DNA from: an uncultured Candidatus Saccharibacteria bacterium
GTDB lineage: Bacteria; Patescibacteriota; Saccharimonadia; CAILAD01; BJGX01
Length of the DNA stretch: 64,000 nucleotides
Assembly (NCBI GenBank): GCA_964390265.1
Contig: CAYMHI010000002.1
Location: 4,254-68,253, forward strand
Reading direction: 5' to 3'
Below, piece after piece: positions 44,866 through 55,930 of the stretch (positions are counted from its first letter, which is position 1; each line of letters starts with the position of its first letter). The notes under the pieces were generated by a model that saw nothing but the letters and a program-made list of their open reading frames with translations, was not told the origin of the DNA and did no database searches. Both the position numbers and the translations under genes were made by a program.

Positions 44866-45792
44866 TACCTAGGCAAAAGCCAATGGTTGCACCACAACAA
44901 AAAGGTCTTGGGTGCTCCGAAAGGAGCAGCACGACTCGTCTTGGAGAAATCCCTCTCGTAAAGAGAAAAAGACGAAGCGTGTATTGGTCTACAGAGCTTA
45001 AAGGCACTGTATATCAATCCCTCACAAACCTGATACTGCTGCAAGGAGGCAAGGCGCCGTAGTCCCTCGAGCCCCGCGCGCAACGCGGAGCTGGGATCGC
45101 CGCCTTGGCTCGGAGCCGCCATCGGGCGTAGTCTCCGGGCCACGAGACCCTGCAGTAGTTAAGGGCACCGTTACCCAGGCCGGGAGCGGTGCAGCGGGGC
45201 CGGTGGTGAGTCGGGGCACAGCTCGACACCACCACCGGCCCCTTCGAAATCCTCGATTCAAAGAACGCTAGGCACCGACTGAGGTCCGCGACCTCTGCCT
45301 GGTATCGAGGTAGCCACACGGCTGAGTTCATCTCGCGAAAACCTGTAATGAAAGGGGAACCAGTGGTTCCACCCGGCAACTAAGCCCCTCTTAGTAGGGG
45401 TACGGGCTTGCCCGAACCACATCCGCCCTCGCTGAGACCGAAAGGAACAAGGCGTGACACGAGAAGATTTACCCTAGCCTTGACCGAGAGAGTAAGTGGG
45501 CGAAAAACAATCCCAGCTCTCGTGATAGGCGCCTCCGTCCCGTTCTTAGGTGCTAGGTGTTGCACCACACCTAAGAACACGCGGCCAAGCTGCCAGAGAC
45601 CACCCCGGTGCAAGACCGGAGTAGAAGTGAGCGAGCGTTGTGCGCAAGATTGTTTTTGACTCCCCCTCAGGCAACTAGAGCCGAGGTGAGCGAGCCCAAA
45701 ACCATGACAGCCACAGCGCCAAACAGACTCTACCTACGTCTTAGCGGCTTTGGTCGCACCCCACACCCTCCACCAGGAGGGTGTTATTCGTT
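44866..45792 (+). ncRNA. candidate large (~0.9 kb) GC-rich structured non-coding RNA, unassigned family
   Basis: Bounded by a consensus promoter and an intrinsic terminator (CACCCUCCACCAGGAGGGUG + UUAUUCGUU at 45764-45792). No coherent ORF in any frame, only short overlapping ORFs on both strands. Many strong hairpins (e.g. GUUCUUAGGUG...CACCUAAGAAC, GGCCGGUGGUG...CACCACCGGCC). GC far above the genome background. Confidence 0.4.
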
Positions 45793-45811
45793 ATATAGAC
45801 ATAAATAATGC

Positions 45812-45841
45812 TTGACACAGCACTTACCGCACTAGTAGAAT
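45812..45841 (+). promoter_or_regulatory. groESL promoter
   Basis: TTGACA (45812-45817), 18-nt spacer, TAGAAT (45836-45841). Confidence 0.5.
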
Positions 45842-45846
45842 AACTA

Positions 45847-45873
45847 TTAGCACTCCACCGCTATGAGTGCTAA
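45847..45873 (+). promoter_or_regulatory. CIRCE element (HrcA operator)
   Basis: TTAGCACTC-N9-GAGTGCTAA, a perfect inverted repeat, between the promoter and groES. Confidence 0.85.
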
Positions 45874-45978
45874 TGCTTATCTAAAAAACTAATGTCATAT
45901 CGAGCGTAGTTGAGAGATCTAAGAAAAGATTTCTCCAGTCCAGTCGAAATGACAAGTAATTTGTAAAAAGGAGAACGT

Positions 45979-47893
<1,915 letters not shown>

Positions 47894-47961
47894 TTTCGCA
47901 CTAAGCGACAATTAATTGACTTAAATAAAAAGACCTCTTACAACGGAGGTCTTTTTAGTAA

Positions 47962-47990
47962 TTGACAAAGAGTATATAGCATGCTATACT
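47962..47990 (+). promoter_or_regulatory. consensus sigma70 promoter for the small GC-rich gene
   Basis: TTGACA, 17-nt spacer, TATACT. Lies just after the groEL terminator hairpin (AAGACCUCUUACAACGGAGGUCUUUUU). Confidence 0.5.
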
Positions 47991-48035
47991 ACTATTTGTT
48001 CCATAAGGAATTTCCCGTTGATCACTAGGAGCGAT

Positions 48036-48293
48036 ATGAGCGACATGTTTGCTTTGACCGTCGGCAACGACGGTGTGTTCCACGCCGGTAACGCCAGTGA
48101 TGACCTGGTACCCGGCGAGGAAACCACGCCAGTCTCCGCACCTCCGCGCGGTCTCGATCCCGAAGACAACGAGTTGCGCTCGCCCGTCTTCGATCCGCAT
48201 CGCTGCCGAGCGTTGGCGGAATGCGACAGTTGGGACCTCCACGGCCCCGATCGCGTCGAGTCGAGTGGGCGAAAGCCCAGAGATCGCAAGTAG
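48036..48293 (+). CDS. small acidic hypothetical protein encoded with high-GC codons
   Basis: 85 aa from ATG 48036 (MSDMFALTVGNDGVFHAGN...). Strong GC3 bias (GAC, GTC, GGC, AAC, TTC). SD AGGAG. Followed by terminator GAGGCUUGCC...GGCAAGCCUC + UUU (48318-48356). Confidence 0.45.
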   Translation: MSDMFALTVGNDGVFHAGNASDDLVPGEETTPVSAPPRGLDPEDNELRSPVFDPHRCRALAECDSWDLHGPDRVESSGRKPRDRK

Positions 48294-48435
48294 AAAACAG
48301 CAACAAACGCCCTGCCCACCCCGAGGCTTGCCCGTCAAAAGGCAAGCCTCTTTACTAATAAATCATTCTAGACACATAGTTTATAAATTGCTACAATTAC
48401 TGGGCATTTGTACCCCTCAATAAGAAAGGCGAGAG

Positions 48436-48888
48436 ATGACAGCGGTAGAGAGATTACGAGGTGGGCTTGAAAGAGAGGCTGCGCTCGAGGAAGCGTCGCG
48501 CAAAAGCATACCATGCCTAAAGCCAGGCATATTGGTATTAGCCGATCTAAGCGAACTACGCCATAAGGCAGACCGCCAAGATCTGCAGGTTCCGGTAGTG
48601 TTGATTCACTCCGTGGAGTGCAGTTGTTTCTGGAAAGCAGCCTGCACAACCATTAGGTCAACCAACCCAATCAATGGGCGAAAAATGCCAAGACTGGATT
48701 GCACAGGTGATGGTGTTCTTCCACAGCTGTATCTGCGTGCAAGTAAAGTCATCGAGCTACCCGATTTTGCGGTAGTTAGGCACTTGGCCACACTCACGCC
48801 AAATGATGCCGAGAGGGTAATTCGTACATACAATTATTACGGTGCCATTGCCAGTAGGCTGCGAAAAGTGGCCAACGGTATAAGCTAA
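48436..48888 (+). CDS. hypothetical protein
   Basis: 150-aa ORF with no motif recognised. Confidence 0.4.
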   Translation: MTAVERLRGGLEREAALEEASRKSIPCLKPGILVLADLSELRHKADRQDLQVPVVLIHSVECSCFWKAACTTIRSTNPINGRKMPRLDCTGDGVLPQLYLRASKVIELPDFAVVRHLATLTPNDAERVIRTYNYYGAIASRLRKVANGIS

Positions 48889-49020
48889 CTCACTCAGCCA
48901 ACAGCCCTTATTGTCTACAACAGTAAGGGTTTTTAAATTACCAACTAGACACCCTACAGGTATGTTTGTTACAATAAATAGCGTTTTGTACCTTATAGGC
49001 GAGAGAGGCGAGGTAAGTTA

Positions 49021-49815
49021 ATGCAAACTAAGCTAAGAGATCACACCCAGGCCGATATGGCCTTTAGAGCCGGTAGAACAGATAGGGCAATAAAGTACTA
49101 CCAAGCGTGCCTAGATGTGTATCGAGTGAATGGTGATGTATATGGCCTGGCTGGCTGCACTCATTCTCTTGGAGTGGCCCTGGTATACGAAAACTGCCCC
49201 AAGGAGGGCATGGAGGCTCTTCTGCAGGCTCGTATAGCCTGGACTGGCCAAAACCGCATCAACGAGGTGGGCAGGGCCGAAAGAGATATTGGAGTAGCCC
49301 ATATGCTGTTTAGGCAGTATTTTGAAGCCAACGAGTGGCTAGAACGTAGTCGCCAAACTCTTGGTTTTAGTAAGGCTACCGAGAGAGGCCTCACCGAGGC
49401 AAAGAGGGGTAGACTATACAGCCTAGATGGCGAGTTCGATATGGTTGATGGCTGTTTTGATGAGGCATTTACCCTTGTAGCCCAAGCACAGTCGCCAGAG
49501 GTAGTTTGTGTGGTACATATAGACAACGCTTTTGCCTGTATGGAGCGTTTGCAGTGGGGACATATGCACAACCATCTGGAGGCCGCTTGGCAGATAATTC
49601 ATTGCCTGGGCGATCAACTAATACGGCAAATGTTGCAACTAACCACTCTCAATGCGCGCTGGTTAATGAACAACTCGGAGTGGGTGCACGCCCAGAAGTT
49701 ATTTAGAGAGAAGTTTGTTGAACCTAGCAGAGATCTCTCGCCTGGAATGGTTGAGGTATTGAAGCGTGAGGTTGGTGCCGATGAACTTGCCGAACTACTA
49801 CTAGTAGATTTCTAG
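49021..49815 (+). CDS. hypothetical protein (possibly TPR-like helical repeats)
   Basis: 264-aa ORF, helical with Tyr/Ala/Leu repeats; no firm motif. Confidence 0.45.
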   Translation: MQTKLRDHTQADMAFRAGRTDRAIKYYQACLDVYRVNGDVYGLAGCTHSLGVALVYENCPKEGMEALLQARIAWTGQNRINEVGRAERDIGVAHMLFRQYFEANEWLERSRQTLGFSKATERGLTEAKRGRLYSLDGEFDMVDGCFDEAFTLVAQAQSPEVVCVVHIDNAFACMERLQWGHMHNHLEAAWQIIHCLGDQLIRQMLQLTTLNARWLMNNSEWVHAQKLFREKFVEPSRDLSPGMVEVLKREVGADELAELLLVDF

Positions 49816-49972
49816 CACTACGCCCTATCTGTTACGCAGATAGGGCTTTTTATATAACTTATAAAGTACATCTCAAACAATAATGTCAGTGAAACTATAC
49901 AAATAGTATGTTTCACACCAGATGTGAAACATATATATAGAGTAGAGTGTATATAAAACTTGTAAAAAAGTA

Positions 49973-50001
49973 TTGACAAACACCTCATAGTTTGATACAA
50001 T
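49973..50001 (+). promoter_or_regulatory. consensus sigma70 promoter with a ~230-nt AT-rich leader before the high-GC gene
   Basis: TTGACA, 17-nt spacer, TACAAT; the start codon is ~235 nt downstream. Confidence 0.45.
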
Positions 50002-50239
50002 ACTTGGCGATACGGTGACCAGGGTAAAACCAATTGTCGTGTCGACACTTTGACAAAGCAAGGATCATATATAAGTAAACAACAATCATGTTGACTGTTG
50101 TGCTGCATAGACCGGTTTACAAATAAATGTTAGACCGGCGCATGCAGTACAACAGCAGTAAACAAAAAAGATAATACGCTTTTTTGTATGGTAGCCCAAA
50201 CCAATTAAGCTACCGTTGCCCCAGGAGGGGTATATCGAC

Positions 50240-51820
50240 ATGACCAGCAACGACACCCGTACCAGCGCGCAGAAGCGCCAGGACACCATCAACGAGCGCA
50301 AGGCCGAGGCCGAGCGCCTGGGCATGAGCTACACCGACTACGTCAAGTCCCTCAAGGCCCAGAAGCGCAAGCCCGGCAAGAAGAAGACCGGCACGGCTCC
50401 GGCCGCGCAGGAAGACAGCGTCGAGGAGACCCGAAGGGCCATCCGAGGTGCCAAGGGCCAGACCGGTTCGACCGTGGCCGAGCAGGCAACGGCTGCGCTC
50501 ACGCACATCCACGACGACGACAGCATGAGCTGGAAGGACGACGCCCACAAGGGCGAGGCCATCCTGAAGCTCATGTCCGGCGACGAAGAGGTGCAGCTGG
50601 CGGGTCTGAGGATGTACGAGACCAGCCTGCGATACACGGAGGCGGCACGCATCAAGGACGAGCTCATCGAGGGTGGCATCGACGATGACGTCGCCGAAAC
50701 CATTCGCTTCAAGATGTGCAACCCGCACGCCGAAGTTCGCGAGTGGGTCAGCGAGGTAGTGTTGCCCAAGATCAAGTCGGGTGAATGGAGCACGGTCCCC
50801 AAGAAGGACTTTGCTACCACCAACCCGACGAGTGGCCCCAGCCAGAGCCCCGCTGAGATCCGTGAGGAGCTCAACAAGGCACTCGAGCAGATGCGGAACC
50901 ACCCGTTCCGAAGCGCCATCGAGGCGCTCATCGTCGAGCAGGCTGAGGCCAAGGGCGGCAAGCACGCGAAGTGGGTCATCCAGGTTCTCAATGACGAGAG
51001 CGACCCGTTGCATCGTGCCAAGTCCATCCGGGCAGCAAAAGGTGTGTTCTTGAGCATTGGTCACCAGATTGCCGAACCGTTGGTGCCGCTCGACATCGCT
51101 CAGCTCGAGGCCGACCGCAAGGTCATCCTGGGCGACGTGAACGCGAGCAAGCTGACGGGCTGGGTGGCTGAGAAGATCAGCGACCCGGGCGATCTGAAGC
51201 ACATGCAGAACCGTGCTTCCCTGAGGAAGGCCCTTGCCATCGCCCATGGAGTGCTGGGCAGGTACATCGAGACCGCCGCAGTGGTGGCCAAGGTACTCGA
51301 GACCATCGACCCGTGGTTCAGCTACGGCTGGGATGCGGAACTCGATGCGATCGAGCAGCGCGATGCCGAGCGCACAGCCAACCAGGCGAATCCGTACGTG
51401 CCCTGGAAGGTCGAGCTCATCGACGAAGCGCTGGCGGCTTACAAGGCCGACCTCGAAGACGGCGGGAGCGCGCTGCTTGCTCTGTGTGGCAACACCAACA
51501 AGCTGCACGGTCTGCTCAAGGCGATCGATGTGTTTCGACGCGTCGTGACCGAAACCGGACAGACCCTGTTCGAGAGCCACGAGTTGCAGATGCAGTTCGA
51601 GGCGCTTCTCGGTGGCGACAAGGCCAAGGCGAGCAACTCCAAGCCGAGTGATGGCGCGCCCACCCGGCGTTCCAGCACCTCCGAGGAGAAGCGAGCCAAG
51701 GCCGAGCGCAACCGGAAGAACCGGGAAGCCCGGGCCGAGGCCGACAAGGCCAAGGCCGCCGCCAACCCCGAGCGCAAGCGCGGGTACGAGCAGGTCGGGG
51801 GCCGCAAGAAGAAGAGTTAA
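50240..51820 (+). CDS. high-GC hypothetical protein with Lys/Arg-rich termini (horizontally acquired?)
   Basis: 526 aa from ATG 50240 (MTSNDTRTSAQKRQ...). SD CAGGAGGGG. Pronounced GC3 codon bias across the gene, unlike the flanking genes. Followed by hairpins at 51830-51955. The antisense 456-aa ORF is rejected. Confidence 0.55.
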   Translation: MTSNDTRTSAQKRQDTINERKAEAERLGMSYTDYVKSLKAQKRKPGKKKTGTAPAAQEDSVEETRRAIRGAKGQTGSTVAEQATAALTHIHDDDSMSWKDDAHKGEAILKLMSGDEEVQLAGLRMYETSLRYTEAARIKDELIEGGIDDDVAETIRFKMCNPHAEVREWVSEVVLPKIKSGEWSTVPKKDFATTNPTSGPSQSPAEIREELNKALEQMRNHPFRSAIEALIVEQAEAKGGKHAKWVIQVLNDESDPLHRAKSIRAAKGVFLSIGHQIAEPLVPLDIAQLEADRKVILGDVNASKLTGWVAEKISDPGDLKHMQNRASLRKALAIAHGVLGRYIETAAVVAKVLETIDPWFSYGWDAELDAIEQRDAERTANQANPYVPWKVELIDEALAAYKADLEDGGSALLALCGNTNKLHGLLKAIDVFRRVVTETGQTLFESHELQMQFEALLGGDKAKASNSKPSDGAPTRRSSTSEEKRAKAERNRKNREARAEADKAKAAANPERKRGYEQVGGRKKKS

Positions 51821-52202
51821 CTTCTTCCGCCGGTATCAGGAACCGGCGACAACCAACGCCGATTAACTTCGGCAAAAAACCTGAATTTCGTCCCCCACGT
51901 AGGGGCCGGTAGGAGATCGATTTCTGATCTGTGGACATGGTCCTTAACTACCGGCCCCTGGGGGCTGCAACAAGAAAGAGAATATATATGATATCTTGCT
52001 TTGTCTCTTTCCCAGAAAACCTATTATTTGGCTGAGATTCTGAAGCTAGTTCAGAATGACGAATTAGGCTTTGTGAGAAAGAACACCAAAACACCACCAT
52101 ACATTAGGTGGTGTTTTGTATATTAAACAATTATAATACCACTTGTAATTGTACCTACCACCACTATAGCTCACAGGCCGAGCCGAAAGGGGTACACAAG
52201 CT

Positions 52203-52739
52203 ATGATGACCTCAATGGGAATTGAGTTCCCTGACGACCATATTCGAATTACTCCGCGCACTAGCGCCGAGCTAGACCGAGCAACTCATCAAGAAATCGC
52301 TCTGATGATACTTGCAATTTTGGCTGACAATAGACGATTGTACAGAGACGTACGTGAAGATGGCTATCGCTCGAGTATAAGGCGCGTAAAAACCAAGTAC
52401 GATATCTTTGACCCCAATCTGGTTATAGATGAATCTGACTTGAAAAGATGGAAACGCATTCTCAAACGGATATTTATTCCCGCCGAGAATGAGCACGAGC
52501 GACGGCTCAATTGTCATAGTGCTGAAAAATGTCGTTTGCTTAGATTGATGGTACAAAAACGGTATCCAGAGTGGCGCGCAATGCTGGTAAATCATCCGGA
52601 GTATTCTGAGTACAATCAAGACTTAGATAGGATGATGCTTACAGAACTCGAAGCAATGCTCAGAGAGCTTAAGTGTATAGAAGAAATGGGTATTAGATTC
52701 TCTGATGATGGCGAAGTAGATACCACGAACAGTAGCTAA
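52203..52739 (+). CDS. hypothetical protein
   Basis: 178-aa ORF; preceded by a bidirectional terminator-like hairpin (ACACCACCAUACAUUAGGUGGUGU + UUUUG, ~52084-52120). Confidence 0.45.
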   Translation: MMTSMGIEFPDDHIRITPRTSAELDRATHQEIALMILAILADNRRLYRDVREDGYRSSIRRVKTKYDIFDPNLVIDESDLKRWKRILKRIFIPAENEHERRLNCHSAEKCRLLRLMVQKRYPEWRAMLVNHPEYSEYNQDLDRMMLTELEAMLRELKCIEEMGIRFSDDGEVDTTNSS

Positions 52740-52809
52740 GAAGTGTGGCTAAGTCTAGCTGCGGTCTAAATATTTAGGCCGCTTTTTTAATTCTGATATA
52801 CTAAGTAGT

Positions 52810-53871
52810 ATGAATGATAATGCTTATGCCAAATTGAGCCAAATAGACAAAAATCACATTTTTGACGTGATAGATGCTCAGCCCAATCAGCTACGCCAAA
52901 ACTACGCCGATAGTATGCGCGACGATATTACCGCCCAAGATGGGGTGGGTATAGACAACGTTTTGTTTGTGGGTATGGGTGGCTCGGCTTTGGCGGGTTC
53001 GCTGGCACACAACTGGCTAAGCTCGCGTAGTCAAGTGCCAATAGAGGTAGTGCGAGGCGATAAATTACCGGGCTACACCAGCAATAGAACGCTGGCAATA
53101 ATATCTAGCTACTCGGGTGATACGGCTGAGACATTGGGAGCACTTGAGCAAGCCTTTAAGCTCAATGCTCAAATAATAGGGGTGGGCCGTGGTGGTAAAT
53201 TAGCCAGGTTGTGCCGAGAGTCAAACTTAACATTTCTCAAATTGCCACAAGTAAGCCAACCACGGCTAGCAGTTTTTGCTTGCCTGCGCGCCCTAGCTTG
53301 TGTACTAGATGATATGGGCTTAGTAGCTGCCACCGATCTGCGGCGTGAGTTGCAAGATGCTGCTGATTACCTCGATACCGCTAAGTTGAGTTGGGGCAGC
53401 GATGCCACCCAAGACAATTTAGCCAAGCGGGTTGCTACTACACTACAAAACAAACCGGTAATTATCTATACTAGCCCTCTACTAGAGAGCGCTGGCTACA
53501 AATGGAAGATAGACATTAACGAAAACGCCAAACAAATGGCCTTTAGCAACACTTTTACTGAGCTAAATCACAACGAAATGCAAGGCTGGGTAGAGCAAAC
53601 CAATGCTGAGTTTGCCAATATATTGCTACATACCGATTACGATAGTACTGCTGTTAAGGCACGTATATCTATTACCGAAAATTTATTAAAAAAATACGGT
53701 TATGAGCCTATACACTTAGAGGCCAGAGGTAGTAATCACATTCAGCAACTGCTCTACATTATATTATTGGGAGACTTTGCGAGCGCATACTTGGCAATAC
53801 TAAATGGTGTAGATCCTACACCGGTAGAGATTGTTCAAGAATTTAAGAAAAAACTCGCTCTAAGCACTTAA
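52810..53871 (+). CDS. bifunctional phosphoglucose/phosphomannose isomerase (SIS-domain family)
   Basis: 353 aa; SIS motif VGMGGSALAG; length and layout of PGI/PMI. Confidence 0.65.
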   Translation: MNDNAYAKLSQIDKNHIFDVIDAQPNQLRQNYADSMRDDITAQDGVGIDNVLFVGMGGSALAGSLAHNWLSSRSQVPIEVVRGDKLPGYTSNRTLAIISSYSGDTAETLGALEQAFKLNAQIIGVGRGGKLARLCRESNLTFLKLPQVSQPRLAVFACLRALACVLDDMGLVAATDLRRELQDAADYLDTAKLSWGSDATQDNLAKRVATTLQNKPVIIYTSPLLESAGYKWKIDINENAKQMAFSNTFTELNHNEMQGWVEQTNAEFANILLHTDYDSTAVKARISITENLLKKYGYEPIHLEARGSNHIQQLLYIILLGDFASAYLAILNGVDPTPVEIVQEFKKKLALST

Positions 53872-53983
53872 AATTACTTCAATACTGCGCCTATGGTTGT
53901 AAAAAAACCCTTTTTATGCTAAAAATAGGTTGCCTGCTAATTAGTAGCGCGTACTTACCAACTATCAAAAAGGCTGGACCTCA

Positions 53984-54580
53984 ATGTCTCCGTTTCCAAC
54001 AAGCAAGAGGATTAAGGTAGCAGTAATTGTTGTAGATCTGCCAAACATGAACTCGCGACTAAGAGAATTGGTTGGTGCAGATGTTCATCTAGGCGAGGAT
54101 CAAAAAATTCATTACGATGTGCTCAAAGCCTATTTTGAGTCATTGTTTGATGATGATACCGATATCAATGCCACCGCATTCATGAATGTGAGCCACGATA
54201 ACTGGGGAGGGGCTCTTGGTTGGTCAAATAGCTCGATGAAGAGTGCTGGCTGGGAGGTGTATGTAAGACCTCGTATTGGCAAGTCTGATGTTGACGAAAA
54301 TATGACAGCTCACATTGAGAAAATTACCAACAACCCAGCAAAAGAAGTGGTGATGGTGGCGATAGTGTCGCACGATGTAAGTCAGTTTGGAGGACTGCTT
54401 GCCCAATTGAGTAGACAGGGGATCAGAGCAGCATACGTAGCCTTTTCAGAAATGATCAGTCCTTGGCCAAAAGAAGGTGTAGAGGTAATTGATCTGCGCG
54501 ACATTGCCGGAATTACCGACAAGCCCTTACCGGACCGTCTGCGATACGAGAACATACCCGCTGAGGGAATGTACTTATAA
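53984..54580 (+). CDS. NYN/LabA-like (PIN-fold) domain protein
   Basis: 198 aa. KVAVIVVDLPNM and ...IVSHDVSQFGG match the Asp-containing NYN/LabA pattern. Confidence 0.45.
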   Translation: MSPFPTSKRIKVAVIVVDLPNMNSRLRELVGADVHLGEDQKIHYDVLKAYFESLFDDDTDINATAFMNVSHDNWGGALGWSNSSMKSAGWEVYVRPRIGKSDVDENMTAHIEKITNNPAKEVVMVAIVSHDVSQFGGLLAQLSRQGIRAAYVAFSEMISPWPKEGVEVIDLRDIAGITDKPLPDRLRYENIPAEGMYL

Positions 54581-54675
54581 AATGCCCCAACTCTATTATC
54601 AGGAGTTGGGTTTTTTAATACACTAGAGCTCTAAGCCTTGAAAGAATATAATAAAGGAGTTCATTAACGATATAC

Positions 54676-54765
54676 GGAGAGGTGGCCGAGTGGCTGAAGG
54701 CGCACGCTTGGAAAGCGTGTGGGCGGGCAACCGTCTCGCGGGTTCGAATCCCGCTCTCTCCGCCA
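54676..54765 (+). tRNA. tRNA-Ser (anticodon GGA)
   Basis: GGAGAGGTGGCCGAGTGGCTGAAGGCGCACGCTTGGAAAGCGTG...GGGTTCGAATCCCGCTCTCTCCGCCA. Confidence 0.85.
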
Positions 54766-54808
54766 TTGTAGATTTTTTAATAAAAATAGAGCATAATTAA
54801 AAGCACTT

Positions 54809-55510
54809 ATGGTAGATAATAATTCAAACGACATAGAAAACGAGGTTCAGGCTACTGAGTCGTCATTTAATGCCGATATACCCGGCGAAGACGTAGATAA
54901 AGGCTTAGCTGGAGTGGAACTTGTAGGTAAAAGAGCTGAAGAAAAGGCGGCTAAGCCAGAAGAAAAGCCCCCATCACTGTTTTCGCGCTACTTGAAGCTT
55001 GGATCAACCAAGCCGGCCGAAAACAAACCAACCACCAACCCAGATGTGCCCGAGCAGTTCTTAATGCGTTGGAGTGCTCCTGAGTTTGTGCAGACCCACA
55101 AACCCATTGGCTGGTATATAGGTTTCGGTATATTTTTTATAGCCATGATAGCGCTGGCTGTATTCACTAGGCAATATCTAGCTATTGGTGTATTTGTACT
55201 GATGGCGATTACACTATTTATTTATGCCAATCGTCCACCTAGAGTACTGCAGTATCAAATAAGTAATTATGGTGTGTATGTGGGCGACAAAAAATATATG
55301 TATGACAACTTTGATGCCTACTATGAGACGAGCGATTATGGCCAAACGGTATTAGAGCTAGTGCCAAACGGCAGATTTGGCACGCTAGTAAGCCTGCCCC
55401 CTGCTGAGCACAAGTTAGAACAATTAGAGCAAACACTTGGACAAATGCTACCCAAGGTAGATAACCGCGAAAATATTGTTGATAAGCTTTTTAGAAAACT
55501 ACGATTTTAA
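54809..55510 (+). CDS. membrane protein (two TM helices, acidic N-terminus)
   Basis: 233 aa; TM pair IGWYIGFGIFFIAMIALAVF / LAIGVFVLMAITLFIY; possibly a bacterial PH-like domain. Confidence 0.45.
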   Translation: MVDNNSNDIENEVQATESSFNADIPGEDVDKGLAGVELVGKRAEEKAAKPEEKPPSLFSRYLKLGSTKPAENKPTTNPDVPEQFLMRWSAPEFVQTHKPIGWYIGFGIFFIAMIALAVFTRQYLAIGVFVLMAITLFIYANRPPRVLQYQISNYGVYVGDKKYMYDNFDAYYETSDYGQTVLELVPNGRFGTLVSLPPAEHKLEQLEQTLGQMLPKVDNRENIVDKLFRKLRF

Positions 55511-55543
55511 AAAATCAGCCATCTAAGGCTGACTTAATAATAC

Positions 55544-55709
55544 CTGGTGCGCCCGGCGGGATAGCGGCTAACGCCTTCTCCCTGTGGTGCTCGACCAAAA
55601 CACTAACAAGTTTGGTTTTGCTCTGCGCGCCTCCTGCACCGAACCATAGGTTTCGACTCTGTCAAACAAACCAATCTCTAGCCCTCATGTAAACATGAGT
55701 ACCAGAGAT
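55544..55709 (-). repeat. ~165-bp tRNA-associated element ending in an exact 17-nt copy of the tRNA-Arg 3' end
   Basis: tggtgcgcccggcggga at 55544-55560 equals the 3'-terminal 17 nt (including CCA) of the adjacent tRNA-Arg. Interior is homologous to the 24050-24214 element (shared ...gcgcctc.t.c.ccgaacc.tagg... and GGTGCTCG...AACAAG.TTGGT.TT blocks). Confidence 0.45.
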
Positions 55710-55786
55710 TGGTGCGCCCGGCGGGATTCGAACCTACGACCTTCAGTACCGCAAACTGACGCTCTATCCAGCTGAGCTACGGGCGC
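55710..55786 (-). tRNA. tRNA-Arg (anticodon read as GCG)
   Basis: GCGCCCGTAGCTCAGCTGGATAGAGCGTCAGTTTGCGGTACTGAAGGTCGTAGGTTCGAATCCCGCCGGGCGCACCA. Arg-like D-arm and A73; anticodon loop UUGCGGU; one A-C mismatch in the T-stem. Confidence 0.7.
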
Positions 55787-55895
55787 GCATCTTGATTAAT
55801 TTAATTTGCACTATTGCTGTGCAACAGAGAGATTATACCCTATTATTCGGCAAAATAAAAGAAACACATTAGTGATATTACAATGCAAAAAGTAC

Positions 55896-55924
55896 TTGAC
55901 AATAATGCTAGTGTTAGCTATAAT
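55896..55924 (+). promoter_or_regulatory. perfect consensus sigma70 promoter
   Basis: TTGACA (55896-55901), 17-nt spacer, TATAAT (55919-55924). Confidence 0.55.
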
Positions 55925-55930
55925 ACTACT

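Noticed and set aside
44865-45808. Cluster of short overlapping ORFs on both strands (44865..45143, 45014..45379, 45380..45613, 45408..45659, 45608..45808)
   Set aside because: Mutually overlapping in different frames, no RBS, Arg/Pro/Gly-rich products typical of random GC-rich sequence. The region is better explained as a non-coding transcript. RNase P, tmRNA, SRP and 6S identities were considered, but none of their hallmark motifs (GGAAAGUCCGGGC, tRNA-like 3' end with a tag ORF, AGGAAGCAGCC) are present.
50210-51580. 456-aa minus-strand ORF antisense to the high-GC gene
   Set aside because: Leu/Arg/Gly-rich antisense shadow ORF of a high-GC gene. The plus-strand frame has the GC3 bias, SD and promoter.
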